DNA of 64,000 nt from Macrostomum hystrix (GCA_950097015.1 CATNEN010000012.1:1240001-1304000); one strand, 5' to 3'; shown: positions 1 through 13,604, numbered from the stretch's first letter. Notes: generated from the letters alone by a model not told the origin. Translations and numbers: made by a program.

Positions 1-33
1 ACCGAATCCAGGCGCCATGTCACCGCGGATCTC

Positions 34-1258
34 GTGAATTTTGACCTCCAGGCTCCAGACGGCCGCCGCTGGCCAATCACCGCCCTCGCCTCCGAACAGC
101 TGGCAGCTCCAATCTACATGCCTGCTGTCAAACTCCCAAAGGATGTCATTAACACCCTCAAGAGCGTACCCAACGGCGTCTGCAACCTACCGCCCGCTCA
201 CGACAGGGACGTTTCTCTTGATCTCATCCTCGGCGGCGACGTCAACCAACTACTCATCGGCCCCGCGGTTCCTGCTCTGGCGCTGCGCCCAACGCTCACG
301 GCCTACCTGACACCATTCGGTGCCATCCTCAACGGCTCCCTAGGCACAACGAACAGCCGCGTCAACGGCCTCCTAGGCTCGTCTCAGGCACTAGTCGCTA
401 ACACCTATCTCAACGACAACGGACTCCGTCTCGAACAGCTACTCGACAGTATGTCGAATCTCGAGGTTCTCGGCATCGACAAAGGTGCCGGAACGCCCTG
501 CCTGCAGGATGACGGACCCACTCAGCGACTCCTCGCCTCCTCCACCTGCGACCCCGATGGTCGCATCTTCGTCGATCCGCCGTTCAAGCCCGGTGCCGAG
601 CTCCTGCCTTCCAATTTCGGCTACACTAGAGCTACACACTCTTCTCGTCAAGATCGAGGCCATCCTCAACTGTCGGCCACTGACCACCGTCTCCAACGAC
701 CCAGACCCAGCAGATCCGTTGCCGCTGACTCCGGCTCATCTTCTTGGAGTAGGCCCTCACCTGCTCCTTCCAGTCATCGACGACACCTTCCTGCCTGCCG
801 ACACCTCCACTGCAGACCGCCTCCGAGCTCTTCATCGTCGCTGCGACGCCATCCTCATCGTGTTCTGGAGCCGGTGGAGCCAGGAGTATCTCAAACATCT
901 CCGCTGTATCCATATTCAGGAGCGGCGTCGCCACCGCCAGCACGCCAGTCAGCTCCACCTGGACCAGGCCTGCCTTCTTGCCGAGCCAACGCCCCGAGGG
1001 ACGTGAAAACTATGCCGTATCCGCCAGCTGCACCCGGATCCCGCTGGCATCCTGCGTTACGTCACCGTTCGCACTGTTTCTGGCCACGAGGTCCGCCGGT
1101 CCGTTGCCCACCTCGTCCCGCTCGAGTGCGACACCGGCGCTGCGCAGCCCACCGCGATGACTGCAGATCCATCCGCCGACTCGCCCGGCGGCTCGACGGT
1201 TGGCTCCACTGCCGGCGGCCTGACTGCCCGCGACCGTCGTGCGCTCCACCGTCAATAG
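34..1258 (+). pseudogene. BEL/Pao LTR-retrotransposon polyprotein remnant (protease region joined to post-integrase DUF5641-like region; RT, RNase H and integrase core missing)
   Basis: ORF 34 has Pao protease-like DLILGGD..TPFG and the pre-RT motif LEVLGI..DGRIFVDPPFKP..SNF. The 485 frame has LVKIEAILNCRPLT..LTPAHLL..FWSRWSQEYL. Past the TGA at 1004-1006 the frame continues KLCRIRQLHPDPAGILRYVTVRT..RRSVAHLVPLE to TAG at 1256-1258. Confidence 0.85.
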
Positions 1259-1458
1259 ATTCGAGATGGGATCTTTGACGTGTGACCTGTCTTCTTTTCG
1301 GAAAGCGTTTACATACCTCTTTCGTATACGCTATCGGATAACTCCTTCGCCGACTATCTCGTTCTGTACTAGGTTGCGCCAGTTTGCCAGTTGTTCGCCC
1401 ACAAAATATCAGAATTTATCCTCCAACTTTTTTATTCATTTTTTCGCCCCCCCGAGCC

Positions 1459-1745
1459 TGTCGGAATTATATTCCTCCAATTCTTAGTCTTGCGTTCCTA
1501 ATGGACTTTTAGTCCCTTCAGCACATTAGTTGCAGCTAACCTTATTTATTGTCTGTGACCTCATCCATTTGCGTTTACCACTTTTATATCTATGTACAAG
1601 ACCACCTCTCCGTTACAGGTTCTCTTAGCGTGTAAGCGTGCCCTCAAGCGTGTCCATGTTCCTTTCTATCTGCCTCACCTTTTGCTTCCACTGCCACTAA
1701 ATAAACTCCATCCAAACTGCTAATTAGTTTGTTGTCCAAGCGACA
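1459..1745 (+). mobile_element. 3' LTR of the BEL/Pao element (287 bp)
   Basis: Inverted termini TGTCG (1459)...CGACA (1745), internal TATA-like TTTATAT and AATAAA (~1699). It follows the pol remnant and abuts the satellite mid-monomer. Confidence 0.75.
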
Positions 1746-4700
1746 CTTGCCCTGGTTCTGTAGCCTTCCTTGCCCTGATTCTGTATCCTTCCTTGCCATG
1801 ATTCTGTTGCCTTCCTTGCCATGATTCTGTAGCCTTCCTTGCCCTGATTCTGTTGCCTTCCTTGCCATGATTCTGTTGCCTTCCTTGCCCTGATTCTTAA
1901 ACCTTCTTCGCCCTGATTGTGTAGCCTTCCTCGCCCTGATTCTGTAGCCTTCCTCGCCCTGATTCTGTTGCCTTCCTTGCCATGATTCTTAAGCCTTCTT
2001 CGCCCTGATTGTGTAGCCTTTCTCGCCGTATTTCTGAAGCCTTTCTTGCCGTTATACTGTAGCTTTCCTCGCCGTGATTCTGTAGCCTTCCTCGCTGTGA
2101 TTCTGTAGCTTTCCTCGCCGTGATTCTGTAGCCTTCCTCGCTGTGTTTCTGTAGCCTTCCTCGCCGTGTTTCTGTAGCCTTCCTCGCCGTGTTTCTGTAG
2201 CCTTCCTCGCCGTGTTTCTGTAGCCTTCCTCGCCGTGTTTCTGTAGCCTTCCTCGCCGTGTTACTGTAGCCTTCCTCGCCGTGATTCTGTAGAATTTCCT
2301 CGCCGTGTTTCTGTAGCCTTCCTCGCCGTGTTTCTGTAGCCTTCCTCGCCCTGATTCTGTAGCCTTCCTCGCCGTGATTCTGTAGCCTTCCTCGCCCTGA
2401 TTCTGTAGCCTTCCTCGCCCTGATTCTGTAGCCTTCCTTGCTCTGATTCTGTTGCCTTCCTTGCCCTGGTTCTGTTGCCTTCCTTGCCCTGGTTCTGTTG
2501 CCTTCCCTGCCATGATTCTGTTGCCTTCCTTGCCCTGGTTCTGTAGCCTTCCTTGCCCTGATTCTGTTGCCTTCCTTGCCATGATTCTGTTGCCTTCCTT
2601 GCCATGATTCTGTTGCCTTCCTTGCCATGATTCTGTTGCCTTCCTTGCCCTGGTTCTGTTGCCATCCTTGCCATGATTCTGTTGCCTTCCTTGCCCTGAT
2701 TCTGTAGCCTTCCTTGCTCTGATTCTGTTGCCTTCCTTGCCCTGATTCTGTTGCCTTCCTTGCCCTGATTCTGTTGCCTTCCTTGCCATGATTCTGTTGC
2801 CTTCCTTGCCCTGATTCTTAAGCCTTCTTCGCCCTGATTGTGTAGCCTTCCTCGCCCTGATTCTGTAGCCTTCCTCGCCCTGATTCTGTTGCCTTCCTTG
2901 CCATGATTCTTAAGCCTTCTTCGCCCTGATTGTGTAGCCTTTCTCGCCGTATTTCTGAAGCCTTTCTTGCCGTTATACTGTAGCTTTCCTCGCCGTGATT
3001 CTGTAGCCTTCCTCGCTGTGATTCTGTAGCTTTCCTCGCCGTGATTCTGTAGCCTTCCTCGCTGTGTTTCTGTAGCCTTCCTCGCCGTGATTCTGTAGCC
3101 TTCCTCGCCGTGATTCTGTAGATTTTCCTCGCCGTGTTTCTGTAGCCTTCCTCGCCGTGTTTCTGTAGCCTTCCTGGCCGTGATTCTGTAGATTTTCCTC
3201 GCCGTGTTTCTGTAGCCTTCCTCGCCGTGTTTCTGTAGCCTTCCTCGCCGTGTTTCTGTAGCCTTCCTCGCCGTGTTTCTGTAGCCTTCCTCGCCGTGAT
3301 TCTGTAGATTTTCCTCGCCGTGTTTCTGTAGCCTTCCTCGCCGTGTTTCTGTAGCCTTCCTCGCCCTGATTCTGTAGCCTTCCTCGCCGTGATTCTGTAG
3401 CCTTCCTCGCCCTGATTCTGTAGCCTTCTTCGCCCCGATTCTGTAGCGTTCTTTGTAGTGATTTTTAAGCGTTCCTCGCCCTGCTTGTGCAGACTTCCTC
3501 GCCGTGCTTCTGTAGCCTTCCTTGCCCTAGTTTGCTCGGCTTCATTATTTAGCCTTCCTCAACATGATTCTGTAGCCTTCCTTGCTCTGATTCTGTTGCC
3601 TTCCTTGCCCTGGTTCTGTTGCCTTCCTTGCCCTGGTTCTGTTGCCTTCCCTGCCATGATTCTGTTGCCTTCCTTGACCTGGTTCTGTAGCCTTCCTTGC
3701 CCTGATTCTGTTGCCTTCCTTGCCATGATTCTGTTGCCTTCCTTGCCATGATTCTGTTGCCTTCCTTGCCATGATTCTGTTGCCTTCCTTGCCCTGGTTC
3801 TGTTGCCTTCCTTGCCATGATTCTGTTGCCTTCCTTGCCCTGATTCTGTAGCCTTCCTTGCTCTGATTCTGTTGCCTTCCTTGCCATGATTCTGTTGCCT
3901 TGCTTGCCATGATTCTGTTGCCTTCCTTGCCATGATTCTGTTGCCTTCCTTGCCCTGGTTCTGTTGCCTTCCTTGCCATGATTCTGTTGCCTTCCTCGCC
4001 CTGATTCTGTAGCCTTCCTCGCCGTGATTCTGTAGCCTTCCTCGCCCTGATTCTGTAGCCTTCCTCGCCCTGATTCTGTAGCCTTCCTTGCCCTGGTTCT
4101 GTTGCCTTCCTTGCCCTGGTTCTGTTGCCTTCCCTACCATGATTCTGTTGCCTTCCTTGCCCTGGTTCTGTAGCCTTCCTTGCCCTGATTCTGTTGCCTT
4201 CCTTGCCATGATTCTGTTGCCTTCCTTGCCATGATTCTGTTGCCTTCCTTGCCATGATTCTGTTGCCTTCCTTGCCCTGGTTCTGTTGCCTTCCTTGCCA
4301 TGATTCTGTTGCCTTCCTTGCCCTGATTCTGTAGCCTTCCTTGCTCTGATTCTGTTGCCTTCCTTGCCATGATTCTGTTGCCTTCCTTGCCCTGGTTCTG
4401 TTGCCTTCCTTGCCATGATTCTGTTGCCTTCCTTGCCATGATTCTGTAGCCTTCCTTGCTCTGATTCTGTTGCCTTCCTTGCCCTAGTTTGCTCGGCTTC
4501 ATTATTTAGCCTTCCTCGCCCTGATTCTGTAGCCTTCCTTGCTCTGATTCTGTTGCCTTCCTTGCTCTGATTCTGTTGCCTTCCTTGCCCTGGTTCTGTT
4601 GCCTTCCTTGCCCTGGTTCTGTTGCCATCCTTGCCATGATTCTGTTGCCTTCCTTGCCCTGATTCTGTAGCCTTCCTTGCTCTGATTCTGTTGCCTTCCT

Positions 4701-7700
4701 TGCCCTGATTCTGTTGCCTTCCTTGCCCTGATTCTGTGGCCTTCCTTGCCATGATTCTGTTGCCTTCCTTGCCCTGATTCTTAAGCCTTCTTCGCCCTGA
4801 TTGTGTAGCCTTCCTCGCCCTGATTCTGTAGCCTTCCTCGCCCTGATTCTGTTGCCTTCCTTGCCATGATTCTTAAGCCTTCTTCGCCCTGATTGTGTAG
4901 CCTTTCTCGCCGTATTTCTGAAGCCTTTCTTGCCGTTATACTGTAGCTTTCCTCGCCGTGATTCTGTAGCCTTCCTCGCTGTGATTCTGTAGCTTTCCTC
5001 GCCGTGATTCTGTAGCCTTCCTCGCTGTGTTTCTGTAGCCTTCCTCGCCGTGATTCTGTAGCCTTCCTCGCCGTGATTCTGTAGATTTTCCTCGCCGTGT
5101 TTCTGTAGCCTTCCTCGCCGTGTTTCTGTAGCCTTCCTGGCCGTGATTCTGTAGATTTTCCTCGCCGTGTTTCTGTAGCCTTCCTCGCCGTGTTTCTGTA
5201 GCCTTCCTCGCCGTGTTTCTGTAGCCTTCCTCGCCGTGTTTCTGTAGCCTTCCTCGCCGTGATTCTGTAGATTTTCCTCGCCGTGTTTCTGTAGCCTTCC
5301 TCGCCGTGTTTCTGTAGCCTTCCTCGCCCTGATTCTGTAGCCTTCCTCGCCGTGATTATGTAGCCTTCCTCGCCCTGATTCTGTAGCCTTCTTCGCCCCG
5401 ATTCTGTAGCGTTCTTTGTAGTGATTTTTAAGCGTTCCTCGCCCTGCTTGTGCAGACTTCCTCGCCGTGCTTCTGTAGCCTTCCTTGCCCTAGTTTGCTC
5501 GGCTTCATTATTTAGCCTTCCTCAACATGATTCTGTAGCCTTCCTTGCTCTGATTCTGTTGCCTTCCTTGCCCTGGTTCTGTTGCCTTCCTTGCCCTGGT
5601 TCTGTTGCCTTCCCTGCCATGATTCTGTTGCCTTCCTTGACCTGGTTCTGTAGCCTTCCTTGCCCTGATTCTGTTGCCTTCCTTGCCATGATTCTGTTGC
5701 CTTCCTTGCCATGATTCTGTTGCCTTCCTTGCCATGATTCTGTTGCCTTCCTTGCCCTGGTTCTGTTGCCTTCCTTGCCATGATTCTGTTGCCTTCCTTG
5801 CCCTGATTCTGTAGCCTTCCTTGCTCTGATTCTGTTGCCTTCCTTGCCATGATTCTGTTGCCTTCCTTGCCATGATTCTGTTGCCTTCCTTGCCATGATT
5901 CTGTTGCCTTCCTTGCCCTGGTTCTGTTGCCTTCCTTGCCATGATTCTGTTGCCTTCCTTGCCCTGATTCTGTAGCCTTCCTTGCTCTGATTCTGTTGCC
6001 TTCCTTGCCATGATTCTGTTGCCTTCCTTGCCATGATTCTGTTGCCTTCCTTGCCATGATTCTGTTGCCTTCCTTGCCCTGGTTCTGTTGCCTTCCTTGC
6101 CATGATTCTGTTGCCTTCCTTGCCCTGATTCTGTAGCCTTCCTCGCCCTGATTCTGTAGCCTTCCTTGCTCTGATTCTGTTGCCTTCCTTGCCCTGGTTC
6201 TGTTGCCTTCCCTGCCATGATTCTGTTGCCTTCCTTGCCCTGGTTCTGTAACCTTCCTTGCCCTGATTCTGTTGCCTTCCTTGCCATGATTCTGTTGCCT
6301 TCCTTGCCATGATTCTGTTGCCTTCCTTGCCATGATTCTGTTGCCTTCCTTGCCCTGGTTCTGTTGCCTTCCTTGCCATGATTCTGTTGCCTTCCTTGCC
6401 CTGATTCTGTTGCCTTCCTTGCCCTGGTTCTGTTGCCTTCCTTGCCATGATTCTGTTGCCTTCCTCGCCCTGATTCTGTAGCCTTCCTCGCCGTGATTCT
6501 GTAGCCTTCCTCGCCCTGATTCTGTAGCCTTCCTCGCCCTGATTCTGTAGCCTTCCTTGCCCTGGTTCTGTTGCCTTCCTTGCCCTGGTTCTGTTGCCTT
6601 CCCTACCATGATTCTGTTGCCTTCCTTGCCCTGGTTCTGTAGCCTTCCTTGCCCTGATTCTGTTGCCTTCCTTGCCATGATTCTGTTGCCTTCCTTGCCA
6701 TGATTCTGTTGCCTTCCTTGCCCTGGTTCTGTTGCCTTCCTTGCCATGATTCTGTTGCCTTCCTTGCCCTGATTCTGTAGCCTTCCTTGCTCTGATTCTG
6801 TTGCCTTCCTTGCCATGATTCTGTTGCCTTGCTTGCCATGATTCTGTTGCCTTCCTTGCCATGATTCTGTTGCCTTCCTTGCCCTGGTTCTGTTGCCTTC
6901 CTTGCCATGATTCTGTTGCCTTCCTCGCCCTGATTCTGTAGCCTTCCTCGCCGTGATTCTGTAGCCTTCCTCGCCCTGATTCTGTAGCCTTCCTCGCCCT
7001 GATTCTGTAGCCTTCCTTGCCCTGGTTCTGTTGCCTTCCTTGCCCTGGTTCTGTTGCCTTCCCTACCATGATTCTGTTGCCTTCCTTGCCCTGGTTCTGT
7101 AGCCTTCCTTGCCCTGATTCTGTTGCCTTCCTTGCCATGATTCTGTTGCCTTCCTTGCCATGATTCTGTTGCCTTCCTTGCCATGATTCTGTTGCCTTCC
7201 TTGCCCTGGTTCTGTTGCCTTCCTTGCCATGATTCTGTTGCCTTCCTTGCCCTGATTCTGTAGCCTTCCTTGCTCTGATTCTGTTGCCTTCCTTGCCATG
7301 ATTCTGTTGCCTTCCTTGCCCTGGTTCTGTTGCCTTCCTTGCCATGATTCTGTTGCCTTCCTTGCCATGATTCTGTAGCCTTCCTTGCTCTGATTCTGTT
7401 GCCTTCCTTGCCCTAGTTTGCTCGGCTTCATTATTTAGCCTTCCTCGCCCTGATTCTGTAGCCTTCCTTGCTCTGATTCTGTTGCCTTCCTTGCTCTGAT
7501 TCTGTTGCCTTCCTTGCCCTGGTTCTGTTGCCTTCCTTGCCCTGGTTCTGTTGCCATCCTTGCCATGATTCTGTTGCCTTCCTTGCCCTGATTCTGTAGC
7601 CTTCCTTGCTCTGATTCTGTTGCCTTCCTTGCCCTGATTCTGTTGCCTTCCTTGCCCTGATTCTGTGGCCTTCCTTGCCATGATTCTGTTGCCTTCCTTG

Positions 7701-10700
7701 CCCTGATTCTTAAGCCTTCTTCGCCCTGATTGTGTAGCCTTCCTCGCCCTGATTCTGTAGCCTTCCTCGCCCTGATTCTGTTGCCTTCCTTGCCATGATT
7801 CTTAAGCCTTCTTCGCCCTGATTGTGTAGCCTTTCTCGCCGTATTTCTGAAGCCTTTCTTGCCGTTATACTGTAGCTTTCCTCGCCGTGATTCTGTAGCC
7901 TTCCTCGCTGTGATTCTGTAGCTTTCCTCGCCGTGATTCTGTAGCCTTCCTCGCTGTGTTTCTGTAGCCTTCCTCGCCGTGATTCTGTAGCCTTCCTCGC
8001 CGTGATTCTGTAGATTTTCCTCGCCGTGTTTCTGTAGCCTTCCTCGCCGTGTTTCTGTAGCCTTCCTGGCCGTGATTCTGTAGATTTTCCTCGCCGTGTT
8101 TCTGTAGCCTTCCTCGCCGTGTTTCTGTAGCCTTCCTCGCCGTGTTTCTGTAGCCTTCCTCGCCGTGTTTCTGTAGCCTTCCTCGCCGTGATTCTGTAGA
8201 TTTTCCTCGCCGTGTTTCTGTAGCCTTCCTCGCCGTGTTTCTGTAGCCTTCCTCGCCCTGATTCTGTAGCCTTCCTCGCCGTGATTATGTAGCCTTCCTC
8301 GCCCTGATTCTGTAGCCTTCTTCGCCCCGATTCTGTAGCGTTCTTTGTAGTGATTTTTAAGCGTTCCTCGCCCTGCTTGTGCAGACTTCCTCGCCGTGCT
8401 TCTGTAGCCTTCCTTGCCCTAGTTTGCTCGGCTTCATTATTTAGCCTTCCTCAACATGATTCTGTAGCCTTCCTTGCTCTGATTCTGTTGCCTTCCTTGC
8501 CCTGGTTCTGTTGCCTTCCTTGCCCTGGTTCTGTTGCCTTCCCTGCCATGATTCTGTTGCCTTCCTTGACCTGGTTCTGTAGCCTTCCTTGCCCTGATTC
8601 TGTTGCCTTCCTTGCCATGATTCTGTTGCCTTCCTTGCCATGATTCTGTTGCCTTCCTTGCCATGATTCTGTTGCCTTCCTTGCCCTGGTTCTGTTGCCT
8701 TCCTTGCCATGATTCTGTTGCCTTCCTTGCCCTGATTCTGTAGCCTTCCTTGCTCTGATTCTGTTGCCTTCCTTGCCATGATTCTGTTGCCTTCCTTGCC
8801 ATGATTCTGTTGCCTTCCTTGCCATGATTCTGTTGCCTTCCTTGCCCTGGTTCTGTTGCCTTCCTTGCCATGATTCTGTTGCCTTCCTTGCCCTGATTCT
8901 GTAGCCTTCCTTGCTCTGATTCTGTTGCCTTCCTTGCCATGATTCTGTTGCCTTCCTTGCCATGATTCTGTTGCCTTCCTTGCCATGATTCTGTTGCCTT
9001 CCTTGCCCTGGTTCTGTTGCCTTCCTTGCCATGATTCTGTTGCCTTCCTTGCCCTGATTCTGTAGCCTTCCTCGCCCTGATTCTGTAGCCTTCCTTGCTC
9101 TGATTCTGTTGCCTTCCTTGCCCTGGTTCTGTTGCCTTCCCTGCCATGATTCTGTTGCCTTCCTTGCCCTGGTTCTGTAACCTTCCTTGCCCTGATTCTG
9201 TTGCCTTCCTTGCCATGATTCTGTTGCCTTCCTTGCCATGATTCTGTTGCCTTCCTTGCCATGATTCTGTTGCCTTCCTTGCCCTGGTTCTGTTGCCTTC
9301 CTTGCCATGATTCTGTTGCCTTCCTTGCCCTGATTCTGTAACCTTCCTTGCTCTGATTCTGTTGCCTTCCTTGCCCTGATTCTGTTGCCTTCCTTGCCCT
9401 GATTCTGTTGCCTTCCTTGCCATGATTCTGTTGCCTTCCTTGCCCTGATTCTTAAGCCTTCTTCGCCCTGATTGTGTAGCCTTCCTCGCCCTGATTCTGT
9501 AGCCTTCCTCGCCCTGATTCTGTTGCCTTCCTTGCCCTGATTCTGTATCCTTCCTTTCCCTGGTTCTGTAGCCTTCCTTGCCATGATTCTGTTGCCTTCC
9601 TTGCCCTGATTCTGTATCCTTCCTTTCCCTGGTTCTGTAGCCTTCCTTGCCCTGGTTCTGTAGCCTTCCTTGCCCTGATTCTGTATCCTTCCTTGCCATG
9701 ATTCTGTTGCCTTCCTTGCCATGATTCTGTAGCCTTCCTTGCCCTGATTCTGTTGCCTTCCTTGCCATGATTCTGTTGCCTTCCTTGCCCTGATTCTTAA
9801 ACCTTCTTCGCCCTGATTGTGTAGCCTTCCTCGCCCTGATTCTGTAGCCTTCCTCGCCCTGATTCTGTTGCCTTCCTTGCCATGATTCTTAAGCCTTCTT
9901 CGCCCTGATTGTGTAGCCTTTCTCGCCGTATTTCTGAAGCCTTTCTTGCCGTTATACTGTAGCTTTCCTCGCCGTGATTCTGTAGCCTTCCTCGCTGTGA
10001 TTCTGTAGCTTTCCTCGCCGTGATTCTGTAGCCTTCCTCGCTGTGTTTCTGTAGCCTTCCTCGCCGTGATTCTGTAGCCTTCCTGGCCGTGATTCTGTAG
10101 ATTTTCCTCGCCGTGTTTCTGTAGCCTTCCTCGCCGTGTTTCTGTAGCCTTCTTGGCCGTGATTCTGTAGATTTTCCTCGCCGTGTTTCTGTAGCCTTCC
10201 TCGCCGTGTTTCTGTAGCCTTCCTCGCCGTGTTTCTGTAGCCTTCCTCGCCGTGTTTCTGTAGCCTTCCTCGCCGTGTTTCTGTAGCCTTCCTCGCCGTG
10301 ATTCTGTAGATTTTCCTCGCCGTGTTTCTGTAGCCTTCCTCGCCGTGTTTCTGTAGCCTTCCTCGCCGTGTTTCTGTAGCCTTCCTCGCCGTGATTCTGT
10401 AGCCTTCCTCGCCCTGGTTCTGTAGCCTTCCTCGCCCTGATTCTGTAGCCTTCCTTGCTCTGATTCTGTTGCCTTCCTTGCCCTGGTTCTGTTGCCTTCC
10501 TTGCCCTGGTTCTGTTGCCTTCCCTGCCATGATTCTGTTGCCTTCCTTGCCCTGGTTCTGTAGCCTTCCTTGCCCTGATTCTGTTGCCTTCCTTGCCATG
10601 ATTCTGTTGCCTTCCTTGCCATGATTCTGTTGCCTTCCTTGCCATGATTCTGTTGCCTTCCTTGCCCTGGTTCTGTTGCCTTCCTTGCCATGATTCTGTT

Positions 10701-12260
10701 GCCTTCCTTGCCCTGATTCTGTAGCCTTCCTTGCTCTGATTCTGTTGCCTTCCTTGCCCTGATTCTGTTGCCTTCTTCGCCCTGATTGTGTAGCCTTCCT
10801 CGCCCTGATTCTGTAGCCTTCCTCGCCCTGATTCTGTTGCCTTCCTTGCCATGATTCTTAAGCCTTCTTCGCCCTGATTGTGTAGCCTTTCTCGCCGTAT
10901 TTCTGAAGCCTTTCTTGCCGTTATACTGTAGCTTTCCTCGCCGTGATTCTGTAGCCTTCCTCGCTGTGATTCTGTAGCTTTCCTCGCCGTGATTCTGTAG
11001 CCTTCCTCGCTGTGTTTCTGTAGCCTTCCTCGCCGTGATTCTGTAGCCTTCCTCGCCGTGATTCTGTAGATTTTCCTCGCCGTGTTTCTGTAGCCTTCCT
11101 CGCCGTGTTTCTGTAGCCTTCCTGGCCGTGATTCTGTAGATTTTCCTCGCCGTGTTTCTGTAGCCTTCCTCGCCGTGTTTCTGTAGCCTTCCTCGCCCTG
11201 ATTCTGTAGCCTTCCTCGCCGTGATTCTGTAGCCTTCCTCGCCCTGATTCTGTAGCCTTCCTCGCCCTGATTCTGTAGCCTTCCTTGCCCTGGTTCTGTT
11301 GCCTTCCTTGCCCTGGTTCTGTTGCCTTCCCTGCCATGATTCTGTTGCCTTCCTTGCCCTGGTTCTGTAGCCTTCCTTGCCCTGATTCTGTTGCCTTCCT
11401 TGCCATGATTCTGTTGCCTTCCTTGCCATGATTCTGTTGCCTTCCTTGCCATGATTCTGTTGCCTTCCTTGCCCTGGTTCTGTTGCCTTCCTTGCCATGA
11501 TTCTGTTGCCTTCCTTGCCCTGATTCTGTAGCCTTCCTTGCTCTGATTCTGTTGCCTTCCTTGCCCTGATTCTGTTGCCTTCTTCGCCCTGATTGTGTAG
11601 CCTTCCTCGCCCTGATTCTGTAGCCTTCCTCGCCCTGATTCTGTTGCCTTCCTTGCCATGATTCTTAAGCCTTCTTCGCCCTGATTGTGTAGCCTTTCTC
11701 GCCGTATTTCTGAAGCCTTTCTTGCCGTTATACTGTAGCTTTCCTCGCCGTGATTCTGTAGCCTTCCTCGCTGTGATTCTGTAGCTTTCCTCGCCGTGAT
11801 TCTGTAGCCTTCCTCGCTGTGTTTCTGTAGCCTTCCTCGCCGTGATTCTGTAGCCTTCCTCGCCGTGATTCTGTAGATTTTCCTCGCCGTGTTTCTGTAG
11901 CCTTCCTCGCCGTGTTTCTGTAGCCTTCCTGGCCGTGATTCTGTAGATTTTCCTCGCCGTGTTTCTGTAGCCTTCCTCGCCGTGTTTCTGTAGCCTTCCT
12001 CGCCCTGATTCTGTAGCCTTCCTCGCCGTGATTCTGTAGCCTTCCTCGCCCCGATTCTGTAGCGTTCTTTGTAGTGATTTTTAAGCGTTCCTCGCCCTGC
12101 TTGTGCAGACTTCCTCGCCGTGCTTCTGTAGCCTTCCTTGCCCTAGTTTGCTCGGCTTCATTATTTAGCCTTCCTCAACATGATTCTGTAGCTTTCTTCG
12201 CCCTGATCTGTAGACTTCCTCGCCCCGATTCTGTAGCCTTCCTCGCCGTGATTCTGTAGC
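1746..12260. repeat. 23-bp satellite array with two monomer subtypes and higher-order repeats
   Basis: Monomers TTCTGTTGCCTTCCTTGCCATGA and TTCTGTAGCCTTCCTCGCCGTGT alternate in blocks. A landmark segment recurs at 3458, 5421, 8350 and 12074. Confidence 0.97.
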
Positions 12261-12765
12261 CCTCCTCGCACTGATGTCATAGCCCTCCTCACACTCATGT
12301 CATAGCCCTCTTCATGCTAATCCCATAGCCCTCCTTTCCATGATCCCATAGCCATCCTCACGCTGATCCCATAGCCCTCTTTTCCATGATCCAATAGCCA
12401 TCCTCACGCTGATTTTTATAGCCATCCTCACGCTGATCCCATAGCCATCCTCACGCTGATCCCATAGCCATCCTCACGCTGATCCCATAGCCATCCTCAC
12501 GCTGATCCCATAGCCATCCTCACGCTGATCCCATAGCCATCCTCACGCTGATCCCATAGCCATCCTCGCACTGATGTCATAGCCCTCCTCACACTCATGT
12601 CATAGCCCTCTTCATGCTAATCCCATAGCCCTCCTTTCCATGATCCCATAGCCATCCTCACGCTGATCCCATAGCCCTCTTCTCCATGATCCAATAGCCA
12701 TCCTCACGCAGATTTTTTTAGCCATCCTCACGCTGATCCCATAGCCATCCTCACGCTGATCCCAG
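12261..12765. repeat. Diverged 23-bp variant array at the satellite edge
   Basis: Unit CATAGCCATCCTCACGCTGATCC has the same period and aligns to TAGCCTTCCTCGCCGTGATTCTG. Confidence 0.9.
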
Positions 12766-13314
12766 TGTGACTTCAGAGCAATGATGTACATTTTAAGCAA
12801 GTTTTAATGTACGGCCTTACGTGTTTGATGTGTAAACATTTTAGTGATACATCGAACCATTCACTTGCTCTTTAGACTTCTATCATTTTTAACTCCTTTC
12901 AAAGCTTATTAGAACGCATTACTATAAATGTAAATTTCAGTACGAATGCAGACTCTACGGAGGGCGTTTCGCCTGCTAAATGCTAAGCAGTTAGAAGAGT
13001 TGCATCTCAGGGTTCAGCAAAAGAACTCTAGCGTCAGCATCGACACTACTCCAGCACGTCTGATGAAGAAGTATGCTGAACTTCTGGTTAGTTTATCTCT
13101 TACTATTGAAATAATGATAATAATTGATTACAACTGACCAATTCGGGCCAGATGTGCAGCTGACAGCACAGCCGCTGCTATTGCGCCTAGCATATCTGAA
13201 GCTGCGTACGGCTGTTCAGTCCATTGACTGGGAACGGCACACCCACCCTCAAATACCCCAGCTGATGCAGGTACCCATTTAACAGTTGAGTGAATTGAAG
13301 CAATGCAGTGAAGC

Positions 13315-13604
13315 AATGTCTTGCTGAACTGAATGTCTTGCTGAACTGAATGTATTGCTGAACTGAATGTCTTGCTGAACTGAATGTCTTGCTGAACTGA
13401 ATGTCTTGCTGAACTGAATGTATTGCTGAACTGAATGTCTTGCTGAACTGAATGTCTTGCTGAACTGAATGTCTTGCTGAACTGAATGTATTGCTGAACT
13501 GAATGTCTTGCTGAACTGAATGTATTGCTGAACTGAATGTATTGCTGAACTGAATGTCTTGCTGAACTGAATGTCTTGCTGAACTGAATGTCTTGCTGAA
13601 CTGA
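13315..13604. repeat. 17-bp minisatellite, ~17 copies
   Basis: Unit TTGCTGAACTGAATGT(C/A). Confidence 0.95.

Noticed and set aside
1897-11659. Long minus-strand ORFs (up to 1015 aa, MARKATES..)
   Set aside because: They are translations of the 23-bp satellite. The T-poor strand is open in all three frames, and the 23-aa period equals three monomers.
1746-12260. CRISPR-like array
   Set aside because: Head-to-tail monomers with no unique spacers, no cas genes, and a eukaryotic context.
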